The notes: generated by a model from the letters alone, not told the origin. A stretch of DNA of 64,000 nt from Girardia tigrina (GCA_001938485.1 MQRK01217150.1:1-64000), one strand, 5' to 3'. Shown: positions 25,660 through 39,263, counted from the stretch's first letter. Numbers and translations: made by a program.

Positions 25660-28600
25660 ATGGTGGCCTTTGCCACAAATTCAGACCAATTAATCACCAG
25701 ATTGATTCCGGAGCATTTTAAACGCGATGACGATGTCGAAGTATTGATTACGAGTTAAAATAGATATGTTAAAGCAGCAGGAGTACCAGATATTTAAAAA
25801 AGACATTGGTGGTGACTGCCTTTGCTGGAGTTAATCCCGGTATACGAAAACACGAGATCTTCAGAAAGAGGTTTCGAGAACAGGTTACGAGAAGCGTTTC
25901 AAAAGAAAAGATCCCAAATGGATGTTCAAAGAGAAGCCGTTGAATTTCAAAGAACAACGGAGACGACAGCAGAATTTTTTGCTAAAGCAAAGAAGATGGC
26001 TGAGGCGATAGTATCATTCCAATGGACATTCGAGGAAGTGGAAAAATGCCTGTTACTAAATTGTAATAACGATAACGATAACGAAACAAAGAAAGAAATG
26101 AAATTGAGGGATATCCAAGATAAAGTCGAGATAAAGAAAATTATTAAAAAGATGGATGAAGTCAAGTCAGAAATAAAACAGGTCGATGCCATAAGACCAT
26201 CTTATGCCAGCGTTGCACAGCGTAACAGGCTAGTAAAAAGTAGAGTTCTCATGAGAAATGGACCGAATAGAGAACAGAAAACTTGCTGGAATTGTAATGA
26301 AGTAGGCCACGTAAGAGCCAAATGCCAGCAGAAGCGCGAAGTGACAAGTTTCGGATGCGGTCAAAAAGGACGCATTAGACGCGAATGTCATGTACAATGT
26401 AAAAGATATCAAAGACCAAGTCATAGAGCGGATGTATGTTATACAAAAAGTCGATATAACATCTACAGGTATAAAAATCATGAAAAATCGTATGGAGTAA
26501 TATGGGGACAAAGACAGTTTCCACGAAATGACAGGCAACCAAGAACGGACGGAAGATCAAAGCAGTATTTGAATGACTACAGCAGAGGCATAACGAGAGG
26601 ACCAGAACTGGCTGCACTGGAAAAGCAACACAAAAATTGTTTGGAAAGAAACGAAGAGAACGAAGTCGATGGGGAACCGATTTTGGCGATGGAGAAAGTT
26701 TTGTGAATCTTAAACCGAATCGTTTAAGTAGTATGTATGATTATTATAGTAAAAGTGTGTATAAAAGTATTAATTATATAAAAGATAACAAAAACATAAA
26801 AATAAATCATAAACTAATAAAAAATTTAAATAATGCAATTATGAAAGAAAAGAAACAAGTAGCAGTAAATAGAGAGGTAGGTACAGAGGATGAAAATGAA
26901 AAAGACGAAAAAGGATCGATGAAGAGTAAATTCAGGGAGGAAAGTATTTACGAAAACCTTCATCTAACGGAGAAAACAGTACGACGGATGAAGAGTTCAT
27001 CAGTAGAGACACAAACAGGTGATGTAAAGATTATTATGGCGTTGGAAGATAAACAGGGGAAGATTTCCTATGACAAACTTCAGGGACGTCCCAGCATAAC
27101 AGTAATTATAGAGAAAGAAGAAATCGAATGTTTGCTTGATACAGGAGCTGCTATGAATGTGATAACAGAAGAACTAGCAAGAAATTTCAAGACAGCAACG
27201 ACAAACAGCACTAATCAAAGATCCACAGCAGCAAACGGCGCACAGATGAATGTCGTGGGAGAGTTGAAAGTTATATGTAGGGTAGGACAGACTAAAAAAT
27301 ATAAAATTTGTAACGGTAGAACAACTAAGACCTTAAATGATAGGAAGTGTACCTTTAAAGTAGTGTTTCGGTATAGGACTTCGTTGGCTAACGGCAATAG
27401 AAAGAGAAAAGGATGAGTTTCATAGAATACACCTAATTTATGAACTAGAAGCAAAATTTGGCGATAAAATAACAGATGACCAGAGACTAAATTAAGCAAC
27501 GAAACATATGTATATAAGCAAGGAATTAAAAGAGTTAATCATAAAATTCACGAAAATACTCGTGGTAAATGACTGGGACATCGGTAGAACAAATCTAAGA
27601 AAACATGAAACCAAAACGACAGGTAAACCGATAAATATTAAACCACGAAGACAACCAGAACAAGACAAGTTAAGTTAGACGAAGCCATCGTGAATTTGGA
27701 AGAAAATGAAATAATTCGACATTGCAATTCACCGTGGAACACACCACTGGTATGTGTGTGAAAAAAGCATACTAATTCAATAAGACTATGTATGGATTTC
27801 AGACAACTGAATCAAATCTCAGAAAGACAAGCCTTCCCGACGCCAAATATGGAAGAACTAATGGAAAAACTACACTACAAAATATTTCAGCACATTTGAT
27901 CTAGGCAATGCATATTATCAGGTATAATTACAAAAGGAATCGCAAGAAAAAACAGCATTCTCTACAAAAAGTGGTCAATTTTTGTTTCCTAGAATGCAGT
28001 TTGGTATAGCTTCAGCGCCAGGGACGTTTCAGGAGTTGATGACGAAAGTATTACAACCAATTAAAAAAGGAACGTCAGTATATTTATATGATATATTGAT
28101 AGGCTAGGGTACGGCCCGTACCCTGCCCGTGCCATTAAATCAATTGAAGGATTCCAGAGACCGAACTGCATGAAGAATTTGAGAAGTTTTCTGGGAATCT
28201 GTAACTACTATAGGCGATTCATAAATAATTACTCCAAAAAAACCAGGGCGTTAGAAGGGTTATGCGGATCGAATAAAGAGAAACTAGTATGGACGGACTC
28301 GTGTGATCTAGCTTTTAACGATATGAAGAAATCCCTCATAACAGCCCCAATTTCAGCATTCCCGAATTTCAATAAAAATATTATTTTGGATACGGATGCC
28401 AGTTTTGATAGCATAGAAGCAGTATTGTCACAAGTTGGCGAATCGGGAGGAGAACATGTAATCGCCTATGTCTCGCATTCGATGGGAAGTCATGAAAAAG
28501 GATATTGTATAACTAGGAAAGAACTTTTGGCCATTTATTATTTCTGTCAACATTTCAATCATTATTTATATTTGAAAAAAGATTTAAACTAAGGACAGAT

Positions 28601-29100
28601 CATAAAACCATCACTTTTATTTTACATACAAAAAAGCCAATAACAGCCCAGTTCCACACATGGATCAATTATCTCAGTAGTTTGGATATAGAGATGGTAT
28701 ACAGAAAAGGGGAATTGCATGGAAATGCAGATATGCTGTCTCGAAGCAAATGTGACACATGTATCCAGTGTCAAATGCAACATGAAGACGCAAAATCAGA
28801 CAGACTTAAAACGAGATTATTAGCGGTTTCGACAAGAAACCAGGCAAAAGAAGCATACAGAAAGAGAAAAGAAGTGAATTAATTACACAGACACACAGGC
28901 TGTTATGTCACGCAGAAGCGGAAAAGGTTTACCATTATTTAAGTGATTAATTTGATATGGAAGAGGAACGCAAAACAGTTAAAGAAGTAGTAGGAACATG
29001 TAAAGAATGTCAAAAAAACAAAAACAGATATGTCGAAGACTAAAGAAGAGACAATCAAGATAATATCATCTGAACCGTTTGATAAAGTATATATCGAAGA
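25660..29100 (+). mobile_element. Ty3/Gypsy gag-pol, decayed, truncated in integrase
   Basis: Gag knuckle CWNCNEVGHVRAKC; protease LLDTGA; RT SPWNTP, DFRQLN, FDLGNAYYQ; RNase H DTDAS, RKELLAI; start of the integrase zinc finger. Confidence 0.9.
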
Positions 29101-30060
29101 AAACACAAGATGGACATCATACTATCAATGTGTTTCAGCAACAGCCAAATGTCTCAATGCTATCATAGTTACTCTGCAAGAAATTCATGCGAACAGTGGT
29201 TATTGATCCTCAGAGGTTGGTGACCGTCTCTGATACTTCAAACTTGCAAAGGAATTATAATTCTACATGCCCTGAAAAGAATTATTCAGTCTCTCTCAAT
29301 CTTGACAAAGCAGCTTCAAAATGTGACAGCTACACTTGCCACTATGCAGAAAATTGTTGCTACTGCACGTTTAACTCTGACTGAAATAAGAGATAAACCT
29401 CTTTATGAAGATGATGTCACTCTCTTTCTTCAACCGCATTCATTAGCACTTGTTGAAGACAACAATGCACAGGAAGATAGATTAAGCACCAAAGTGATTA
29501 ATCAATTTATTGAATGTTTACTGAATGTTTATTGAATGACAGCATGGATTACAGATTTTCTGATAAGGTGATGGCCATATGTTACATCTATCTCTGATCC
29601 GCGCCAAAATTCTACAGATATTCTAAATTCTCATGCTCAATTGCGAACAATTTGTAAGAGTCACTCATTCCTTGAAAATATTGTTGTGGATGTTATTGAA
29701 GAGTTTAACGTATTCCGAAATCACATAGCGATTCTCCGAATGAAAGAAAACGTACCATCCTCTAGTGAAGTTCTTCGCTCTCTTGTCAACACCAGCGGAG
29801 TGCTAGCGACACCTTTCCAAATCTTTCAATATTAGCTTCCATTATTCTCCTGTTCCTTTGGGTACACCTTCTGTCGAGAGGTCCTTTAGGGCAATGAACC
29901 GAATCGAAACTCGACTTAGACCATATCTTCGACCACAAATCTAGAAGCGTGTATGCTCATTTCTATCGAAGGAAAGGATACTCTTTCTGATGAGGAAGCA
30001 TGAGAAATTCTTCCTATTTGGTATAGAAAAAAGAAGAGACGAATTTGCATCCCTTTTATG
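29100..30060 (+). pseudogene. hAT transposase C-terminal half
   Basis: NTRWTSYYQCV and PVPLGTPSVERSFRAMNRIETRLR...LEACMLISIEG (hATC dimerisation domain). Confidence 0.85.
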
Positions 30061-30834
30061 GGTTAATAATAAATTGTTCATTAGTTAATAATGAATCTTT
30101 TACCTTTAGTTTTTGTGTTGACTTGCTCATTGTATATCAAGGTTAATTATATAGTTGTAATACATATAATCAATTAAAAATAATTAAATTCTAACACTCC
30201 CTAGAAAACGAGGTCCCCCACAAAACCGTTAGGCTGAAAGAAACACTGTTATATACAACCTCAACATGCAATCTTGTAGTTCACGAGTAAGTTATTTCTG
30301 AACTTCCACAGTAGTGTTGAGTAGCACTTCTTGATAGCAATTTGAGCATACAATATGTAATGTCAACGGGAGAGGTTGAAATTCATTCTATGGAAAAGTC
30401 ATTCCATTTTCACTAAGAGTGTTGATAATTTTGAAGCTGGTACTTCAAATAGATGCCTTGATGAGCAACTGTTGGCTGAAAGAGTACCATTCGGAATTTC
30501 ATCATAAATGTCAACGGCGTGGGAATTAAAAAACTTCACAACTTCTGCATGATATTTTTGCAAACGTTTTAGCCAAGGTTGATGAGAGAACTGGATTTTC
30601 CATTTCAATTCTAAATCTTCTAGATGCACTGCCTCCTTATTGGAGTTTGAGTCTAGGTGATCAATGACAGCGGGATCAGGACATATAGTCCCACCGTTTA
30701 GTCGCCGGAAAATTATAACTCGTAAAAAATTGGGGTTGCGCATAAAACAAAGATATTAAACATGTAAATTTGATTCAAGTAAAAATTGTTTAAAAATCAA
30801 AAAGAACCATTTTAATTATAAGTCTATTCCATCA

Positions 30835-31300
30835 AAAATTATGCACTAATCGACGAAGATATTCAATTATATCTCTTTCTGAATAATTTAGAATAATTCT
30901 TAAAATTCTTGTAACAGCCTCCGCATATTTTTCTTTCTGTAAATAGGTCTCACATCGCCTCAAATATACTGTTCAAACATTCTATCTCAATTTTTTTGAA
31001 CAATCTTCAATCATCAATAATTTTCCATATCGTAACTAACTCCGAATTCACCTTGCAATCTTCTGTGTGCAACTTCAGTATAACTGTTCGTTATTGGATG
31101 ACTTGCAAGAGGTCGTTCATAAACTGACCAAATGTAAGATGGAAAAATCGGCTTTCTTCTGATTCCATTCCTGTTTAATCGATCAAGATATGAATCTTCA
31201 AAAGAATCAATTGTTCAATTCTATCGCAATATGCTGCTTTAAAGTATTGACGGTGTTTTATAGATTATTAAAGGGCACAAAGCCTAGTGCAATAAGGTTT
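30835..31300 (-). pseudogene. MULE transposase C-terminal fragment
   Basis: ALGFVP; FEDSYLDR...RRKPIFPSYIWSVYE...PITNN..EVAHRRL; RKKKYAEAVTRI...IEYLRRLVHNF. Confidence 0.75.
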
Positions 31301-31759
31301 AAGATCTAATTATAAGATTCATTAAGATTTTTTCCTTTTAAATTGAGATTTTTTATTTTAAAAGGACTTTTTTCATATAAAAATGAGAATGTTTCATTTT
31401 CTTTAATTTTATAATTTTAGGACATTGAAAATCTGAATTTTAATTGAAAAAATTCATTTTAAAATAAAAAAATCTCAATTTAAAATGAAAAACAACATAA
31501 TTCTACATACAGAAACGTACATAACATTTAAAATATTATTTATTATATTATTTATTAAATAACCGGCGACTGATTTTCCGGCGACTAATTTCTGGCCGCT
31601 CAAATTATAATTTTCATCAAACAGCTTCATAGTGTCGTAGTGAATTTAAACACAAAAAAAGAAATGTTTTTGTAATATAATCAAATGGTATAACTAATTT
31701 TCACTCACAATCAACAGACACAAAATCAATTCAACAAAGTTTAATATAATTTAAAAAGA

Positions 31760-34095
31760 GACTGAAATAACTAAGAACAACGATTATTTGCACAGGTGTT
31801 GCACAACTGATGGGAATGTTCTTTATAAACAAAAACGTGACATCCATCATATCTGGTAGAACAGTTTTTGCATTCACCAATATGGGCATTGAGCATTCAA
31901 GACACAAACCTCTCTTTCTATCATCATGAGGGTTCAACAAAGAAGGAATGGAAACTAATTTTGATAAAGAATGGTGCACCTGACCTCGTTCTATATGTGG
32001 ATGTAGTAATGCGTTTCCTAGTTCCAAGAGGTAAAGACTACGACGATGTAATTTCCGATTGTTCCACTCTGGATCATAAATAGAATGATTAACAAATCCG
32101 TTGTGTGCGCTCAAATAAAGTATGTTGCAAAAAAATGGTACATGCCTGAGGACACATTTGAATTTGACTGAGTATATACCCAAGCGTTTATCAACCGCGT
32201 CGACCGCACCCTTGGTGTTGTTATAATATAATACAACATCAGGTTTCTTATTTTCAGTCCTGTTGTCTATAACTGTCATTTTGTGAGTCGTTGATAGAAT
32301 GTTGACAACTCTATCTTTTTTGCCATATATGAAACGAGTAGTGTGTTACAATCATATGTTTGGTTTACTGCTTGGATCGTTGAGTACAGCTCTCGTTTTC
32401 GGTGGAAAGCAAGTACATTTGGCAGTTCCTGGCGGTTTTTTTTGCTACCATGGTCATATTTCTATCAAAAAGCTTCTTAGCCAGACTTAATGACGTAAAA
32501 AAACGTCACACATGACATTTCGTCCACTCTATCTGAGATGTTTAGTCAATGTCAGCACAACATGCTCACCAAGAGGTACACTAGTGTCACGATCGTTATA
32601 TTTTCCACAGAAGAACTGAATATTACTATGAGGGGTTATTTAAATTTGCATCTCGCCAAAATAGTTTATTATTTTTTTTAATTTCAAAGTTAAAATATTT
32701 TGATGTTAATATGCTTATTAAATATTTTAAAATTAAAAATGATATAATAAAGCAACTATAAAAAATAAAAATAAAATATTATTTAAATAAAAATATTATT
32801 TATTTAAAAATAAAATATGTTTTTAATGTGTTTTTTAAATATTTAAAAAATTAAAAATGATATAATAAAAGAAAATCATAAAATTAAAAACGTATTTAAA
32901 AATAAAAAAATGTTTTTAATGTATTTATTAAATATCTTAAAATTAAAAAAAATAATAAAATTATTTATAAATAAAACTATTTTTACAGTCATATTAATTT
33001 ATATATTTTAATAGAAGTTATGAAACAATTTTAAATAAATTTTAACATAAATTTTTAGTTTTAATGTGAAAATTATTTAATAAATTTTCAAGATTTTAAA
33101 AATTGAATCGAAAAGAAGTTAATAGATTTATTTGTGGCGAGATTATTAAATTAACAGACAAATTTGTTTAAATATCTGAATTGTTGTTATATTAATAACT
33201 TGCAGTGTTAAATTATGAGTTCTGAATTTGATAAAAATGAAAGTGGCATAAACAATACTTACAATTACAACAGTAGTAGTTGTCAGAATCATATGCTAGC
33301 CAAAATTTAAGACCATATTTAGCGGGTTTTCAAGGCATGTGTTGACGATAGCGACAGCGCCCTAATAGGGATATAACTGCTCATCAACTCTTATGGAAGC
33401 CTTCGGCACGTAGGCTATTTGACTGTGATCAACAAAGCTGTAGAGCAATAAACAAACAGCTGCCAGTTTGTCTCGAGCTAGACGTAACTGACTAGTGTCC
33501 ACATTGTCAAACCTGAAAATGCCCCAAATAAGTTTGAATCAGTTTACACTCATTGTTTTGGAAAAGATAGGTCGGCCATGGAGATGAGACCATAGGTCAT
33601 CAGTACGCTCTCCAGATGATCTATAAACACCATGAAGCAACAACAACTCTAAAAATGCATTCATTTCAATAACATCCACCGGCTTGTAATTTTCACCAAA
33701 CATTTTCCGGCCTTGTCGATTCGTCTCCATCATTGTGGTTTCGATCATGTCATTGCTGAAGAAAATGAAAAAAAACTATGTAAAACGGGATCTTCTCTAG
33801 TTTGTTGGTAAGCATATAATGTCAAGCCAGGTGCTGGATATAAAATATTTTGTCGCATGGATCTGCCTGTTGTTGTCAAATTTCATTCGATTACTTCCCA
33901 TTTTGTACCATTTCTGCCAAAATAAACACCTTCAAATGAATCTTTCTCACGTTTCACTTCACTTCCACTGTCACTTTCTTTTATGCTTTCAAATTCATAT
34001 TCATCTGCATCAATCATATGTTCGTCAAAAACGTCTTCATGAATATCATAAATTACTGACAAGTCTGATTCATGCTCGTAGTCACTATCTTCGTC
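31760..34095 (-). pseudogene. piggyBac (PGBD4-like) transposase, decayed
   Basis: Acidic N-terminus; EMNAFLELLLLHGVYRS...DLWS...RPIFSKTMS; VDEQL; KPAKYGLKFWLA; KKPDVVLYYNNTKGAVDAVD; C-terminal Cys-rich remnant. Confidence 0.9.
32629..33272. mobile_element. Solo-LTR-like insertion (TGAGGGG family) in piggyBac
   Basis: TG...CA bounded AT-rich block separating DNYY from SNIQFFCGK. Its start matches 1-111. No clean TSD seen. Confidence 0.65.
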
Positions 34096-34098
34096 AGT

Positions 34099-34283
34099 AA
34101 TAATTTTTTTCTAGACACGTGAGAAATTTTATACCTAACGAAAAACGTGGGGCATAGAAATGATCGATTGTTACTAAAAAGCAGTAAAGAGGAAATAGCA
34201 GTTACTAATAGCAGTAATTCAGAAATCCGCCCCACGTTTTTGGTTAGGTATAAAATTTCTCACGTGTCTAGAAAAAAATTATT
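34099..34283. mobile_element. MITE-like element with ~55-bp terminal inverted repeats
   Basis: AATAATTTTTTTCTAGACACGTGAGAAATTTTATACCTAAC...GGGGC mirrored at 34229-34283. Confidence 0.8.
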
Positions 34284-34608
34284 TTCCTCTTTTTAGTGCA
34301 TTGGTAATGCTTGAAAAACGTGGTTGTTTTTATAAAAAAAATTTTTTATTAATAATATTATTTTCATATTTTTTTCTCATGTTTGAGTGCAATGAAGACC
34401 TTGAAAACCAACTTGGCGCTGGTTTTCGGTTTCTTCTCAAATTCATGTTTACAAAAATAGTAATTAAAAAATAATTAAATCTTACAATAAGCTACTACTT
34501 CTTACAAACGGTGTACTCAAAATTTAATGATGTTATTATTCCTTTCTAATGGTTTTTTTCTAAAATGTAAAAGAAAAAATATAAGTCGCAAAATAAAATT
34601 TTATAATA

Positions 34609-35146
34609 TCTATATTATAAAAGCCCAAGTCACTCACTGCCTGCTTCACTAACGCTGACGTAATAATTGTTGACGTAATAATAGTATTATTTGTTGAAAA
34701 ATAAATGTGAAAAAATATNNNNNNNNNNNNNNNNNNNNNNNNNNNNNNNNNNNNNNNNNNNNNNNNNNNNNNNNNNNNNNNNNNNNNNNNNNNNNNNNNN
34801 NNNNNNNNNNNNNNNNNNNNNNNNNNNNNNNNNNNNNNNNNNNNNNNNNNNNNNNNNNNNNNNNNNNNNNNNNNNNNNNNNNNNNNNNNNNNNNNNNNNN
34901 NNNNNNNNNNNNNNNNNNNNNNNNNNNNNNNNNNNNNNNNNNNNNNNNNNNNNNNNNNNNNNNNNNNNNNNNNNNNNNNNNNNNNNNNNNNNNNNNNNNN
35001 NNNNNNNNNNNNNNNNNNNNNNNNNNNNNNNNNNNNNCAGCATTAGTGAGGCAGTGAGGCAGGCAGTGAGTGACTTGGGCTTTTATAATATAAAAAAAAT
35101 TGAACCCCCGGCAAGAGAGGGCCGCGAAGCGGGCCGAGCGCGCTAG
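34609..35146 (+). mobile_element. Non-autonomous Helitron (gap inside)
   Basis: A|TCTATATTATAAAA 5' end; GC hairpin GGCCGCGAAGCGGGCC followed by CTAG|T at the 3' end. Confidence 0.75.
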
Positions 35147-36471
35147 TTATCTAATATGAAAGAATATATAAATAGATTATTAGAAAAAAGTGAATGTAAA
35201 CAGACAAATAGATAAGGATTTTTTACGTAATTGTAATTATATACCATTCATGAGAAATAAAACAAAATGATTTCTAGTGTACTGATTTATTATGAAACTT
35301 CAGATAAATATTAATTTAATACATAAAATAATAAAAAGAATTAATATTATTAAACTGCTCGTAGCATTTTTAACACATTTCAAAATGAAATATAAACAGG
35401 AATAATCAATTTACTAATCAAGCATTCGTATCAGGTTTCTGAAATAATAATTTATCAATTTATTATGTGATTAACCAGTTAAGTCTAAGAAAGAAAATCA
35501 TTTCCCGAACAAAAAATCAACGAGGTTGAACCAATGATGGAAATATTTATGAAAATTATTTCAATCTAATTGCTCGTAGAAGGTGTCGTATCTGGGAGAT
35601 TCTTGTTAGCTTTAATAGGCAATTGGATATCTAATTTGATTAGTTTTATCTCAATTACATTGAAATTAGATTTGCTATTAATCAACAATGGCGTTTTGGT
35701 TTCTTTTGCACCATCACACGTAATTGCATTACATTTAATTGTTTTCCTCTTATATTTTGATTTCTTTTTACGTTTGACGTATTTTAATTGAATATTCGTT
35801 CAATGAGAACATTTCTAATAAAAGAAAAAAACTTCTTTTAATAATATTTTATTTAATGATATTCGATCATTCTTTAAAACAAAAATAAACTAATTTTTTT
35901 ATAAATTATTATTCAACGTTCTGAAATACCGATATTCTTATTGATTTGGTTATTACATATTATTTTGTCAAATATTTATTTATCAACTTCACAACTTTAT
36001 TATAATTGAAGGTTAAATACAAAAGGAACATCAGTATAGTTAAAAATGCTGAAATAAAATTGAAAATTGAAAAACAAATGAAACATTATTAACAAATAAC
36101 TCTGAAAACCATATAAAATTATTTTTCTTATTAATTTTGGTGGATAACTCGCCATTATTAAACAAATTGTATCAATTTCGATCTTTGTTTACAATGTCAA
36201 AAGATCAAATTAAGCGGTGTAGAAGAAGTTGAATGTGAGGTTTTAATATTGATTTTCGAACTAATTGATATTACCAATAGGACCTGGCACACCCATAATA
36301 TCGCGATGCCCAAATGCGAGTTTTAATAGGTTTATTACTAAATGTATCGCTTATTTATAATGGTTTAGAAATAATTGTTAAGTTCATCATATTTGAAAAT
36401 ATTACAAGAAATACGACAATTTGAAATATAAACAATAAAAAATGATACTTATCAAATATTATTGAATAATA

Positions 36472-37755
36472 TTAGGTGTACAAGTATGAAATGCGGATTT
36501 CAGAAAACGGATTGTGCACAATGCAAAAAGTAGGTCAATAGTTACGCAATGATGTCATAATATTGAGTAATTATGTAGTGTCTCATACGTAACTCATAAA
36601 TTGATAAAGCGTTTTAATAATTGTTGTATTTCTGTGTTTAAGATGTCCAAATTTATACCAAGCAGGGAGCATTCGCGGACGGTACTAATTTTTTGTTACC
36701 ATCTAAAGAAAACTGCTGCTGAATCATACCGATTACTCCAAGAAGCTTATGGTGAATATGCCCCATCGCAAGATACATGTGAACGATGGTTTCGGCGCTT
36801 CCATGGTGGTGACTTTGATGTTGCAGATAAGGACTATTGGAAACCACGAAAAGGTTTCGAAGATGTGGAATTGCAAGCTTTGTTGGACGAAGATGTTTCG
36901 CAAACACAAAACCAACTGGCAGAGCAATTAAGTGTAACTCAACAAGCTGTTAGCAATCGCCTCAGGCAGATTGGAAAGATTCATAAGATCGGCCGATGGG
37001 TACCATATCAATTAAACGATAGGCAGATGGAGAGTCGCAAAACCACTTGTGAAATCTTGCTTGCACGATACAAAAAGAAGTCATTTTTCCATCGCATCGT
37101 TACTGGGGACGAAAAGTGAATTTATTTTGATAATCCTAAACGAAAAAGATCATGGGTAGCCCCGGGTACGCCATCCACATCGACAGCCAGACCAAATCGC
37201 TTTGGCAGAAAGACAATGCTCTGCGTTTGGTGGGACCAGAAGGATGTAATTTATTATGAACTATTAAAACCCGGTGAAACGGTGAATACTAAACGTTACA
37301 AACAACAGTCGGTCGATTTAAACCGTTCGCTGCTTCAAAAAAGACCTGAATACCTCAAAAGGCAACACAAGGTTATTCTTCTCCATGACAACGCTTCGTC
37401 ACATACATCAAAACCGGTTCGCGCCATGTCGGAGGAAATGAATTGGGAAGTTTTACCTCATGCGGCTTATTTACCAGACTTGGCTCCTTCAGATTACCAT
37501 TTGTTTGCACGATGGGTCACGCATTTGCTCAGCAGCGCTTTGATTCTTACGAAAATGTGCAAAAATGGGTCGATGAATGGTTCATGGAAAAAATGGAAGA
37601 CTTTTACTGGCGAGGTATCCACAATTTGAGATATAGATGGGACAAATGTATCATTAGTAATGGAGCATATTTTGAATAAAGCTTTTTTTATCGTTCTTTT
37701 GTTTTAACGTATTTCTTTTCAAAATTTAATCCGCATTTCATACTTGTACACCTAA
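36472..37755 (+). mobile_element. Full-length mariner, mauritiana (Mos1-like) subfamily, 1284 bp
   Basis: Perfect 28-bp TIRs TTAGGTGTACAAGTATGAAATGCGGATT with TA on both sides. Transposase MSKFIPSREHSRTVLIFCYHLKKTAAES, WVPYQL, TGDEK*, HDNA, YLPDLAPSDYHLF. One stop and one frameshift. Confidence 0.95.
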
Positions 37756-38264
37756 TATAATAGAATTATTATGAACACTAATTGGATTTTTAATAAATTT
37801 ATTTGTATCATAACTTGAATCGCTAGTAGGACAATTCTCCATAAAACTTTCATAGTTAGTCATCGTTCTTGATTGGTAATTTTAATTCTATTTCTAAACG
37901 TCTTATTATTTAAACAAATTTAAATTACAATTCGATTTCAAAATAATTTATAATATAAATTACAAAAGTAATTTTAATTATTTAAAAAAATATTTTACAT
38001 ATATTATTTATGATATATTAATTTAATTTTAAAGTATTTACAGTAATCGTAGAAATTGCAATTCTAAGAAAATACAAATTAATAAATGTGCGAGGCTCAA
38101 GTAAAAACTCACCATTTTCGTAAGTGGATTTTGAAATAATGACAAAATACCTTGATATCGCGATATCTGATAACATTTATTACATTTATTTTAATTGATG
38201 CAATAAAACAAAGAGACATATATAACAAGATTCATTAACACAATAATACAACTGGTATAAAAAA

Positions 38265-39068
38265 TTAAATACAACGAATTTCTGACAATTTCCATATTGA
38301 ATAATTTTCACCATTTCTTTCTTTTCTTCCTTGTATGCATATTTTGATAAATGCCATGGAATAATTAGACAAGTCCATTGCTGGTATTTCATGACCCATA
38401 AAATCTCTGAATTTTAATCCATCATCTAATCGAAAATATTTTTCTCGATGTTCACTCAGCTTCCCATCTGGTCTTGTTCCTACTTCTTGTATGGCTACAT
38501 TCAAAAGATCATAATTGCGATCACTAATATCCTTTACATGATAGCTAAATTTGCTCTTTCTAACATATAACAGATCTCTCAATTTAATTGATTTTGGATA
38601 TTTCAACAAGTTAATCTGATATCCTCTATATGTTGTTGATGTAGAAACTCATAGCGAGGAAGATTTTTGTGGAGCATCTCTTTGTTTTGGTTGAAAATAA
38701 CTAGCTTGGTTAGCCTGACTAACCAAAGCTTCAGCAATTGGTGCCTGGATATCCTTAGTTGTCTGAGTGCCTAGACTAGCCCGGCTTGCCTTGGCTACTA
38801 TTGGTCGTCCAACTAGCCTAGGCAGTCTGACTAGTCTAGGCCGCCCTACTGGTCTGACTGGTTCGACTAGATTAGGTTGATCAGCATTTATCTCTTCAGT
38901 TAATTGGTTAGGTCCATTAATTGTCCCATCATCAATCTTCTTTTCTTCAGTTACCTGGTTAAGTTCATTAAAGGTTTAAAACTTCCACTTCATTTTAGCA
39001 GGAGTAACTTGATTTGTCAAACGGATTTTGAAATAATAACAAAATGTCTGAATGTTGCGATATATCAT
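38265..39068 (-). pseudogene. Unknown 268-codon gene with two in-frame stops, AT-hook-like GRPR/GRP motifs and a globular beta-rich C-terminal domain
   Basis: One frame: MIYRNIQTFCYYFKIRL...*...PVGRPRLVRLPRLVGRP...*...LLKYPKSIKLRDLLYV...IWKLSEIRCI. Confidence 0.5.
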
Positions 39069-39216
39069 ATCATGTTAACATTTATTGTATTTATTTTATT
39101 TGATGCATTAAAAAAAACAAACTATTATAATAATATTACTTATTACTTTTAAAATAGCAAAACTAACACTTGTTATTAATTTGTTTTAATGAATCACTTT
39201 TAATAAATAGACACAA

Positions 39217-39230
39217 GGCGGGAATTTGAA
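39217..39230 (+). promoter_or_regulatory. E2F-like site abutting a CHR-like motif (GGCGGGAA-TTTGAA)
   Basis: The only GC-rich motif in the 195-bp AT-rich spacer between two divergent ORFs. Confidence 0.5.
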
Positions 39231-39263
39231 TTGAAATGAATACTGAGGTACATTTTTAACAAA

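Larger units (their letters stand above)
24356..30248 (+). mobile_element. hAT DNA transposon containing a nested Gypsy element
   Basis: TIRs CAGTGTTTCTTCCAGC and GCTGAAAGAAACACTG. The 8-bp flanks TGGCATAC and TTATATAC match at 5 of 8 positions (degenerate TSD). A hAT dimerisation motif lies near the right end. Confidence 0.8.

Noticed and set aside
34687-35146. ORFs spanning N runs or (TA)n tracts (also 16155, 56819, 60753)
   Set aside because: Artefacts of gaps and microsatellites.
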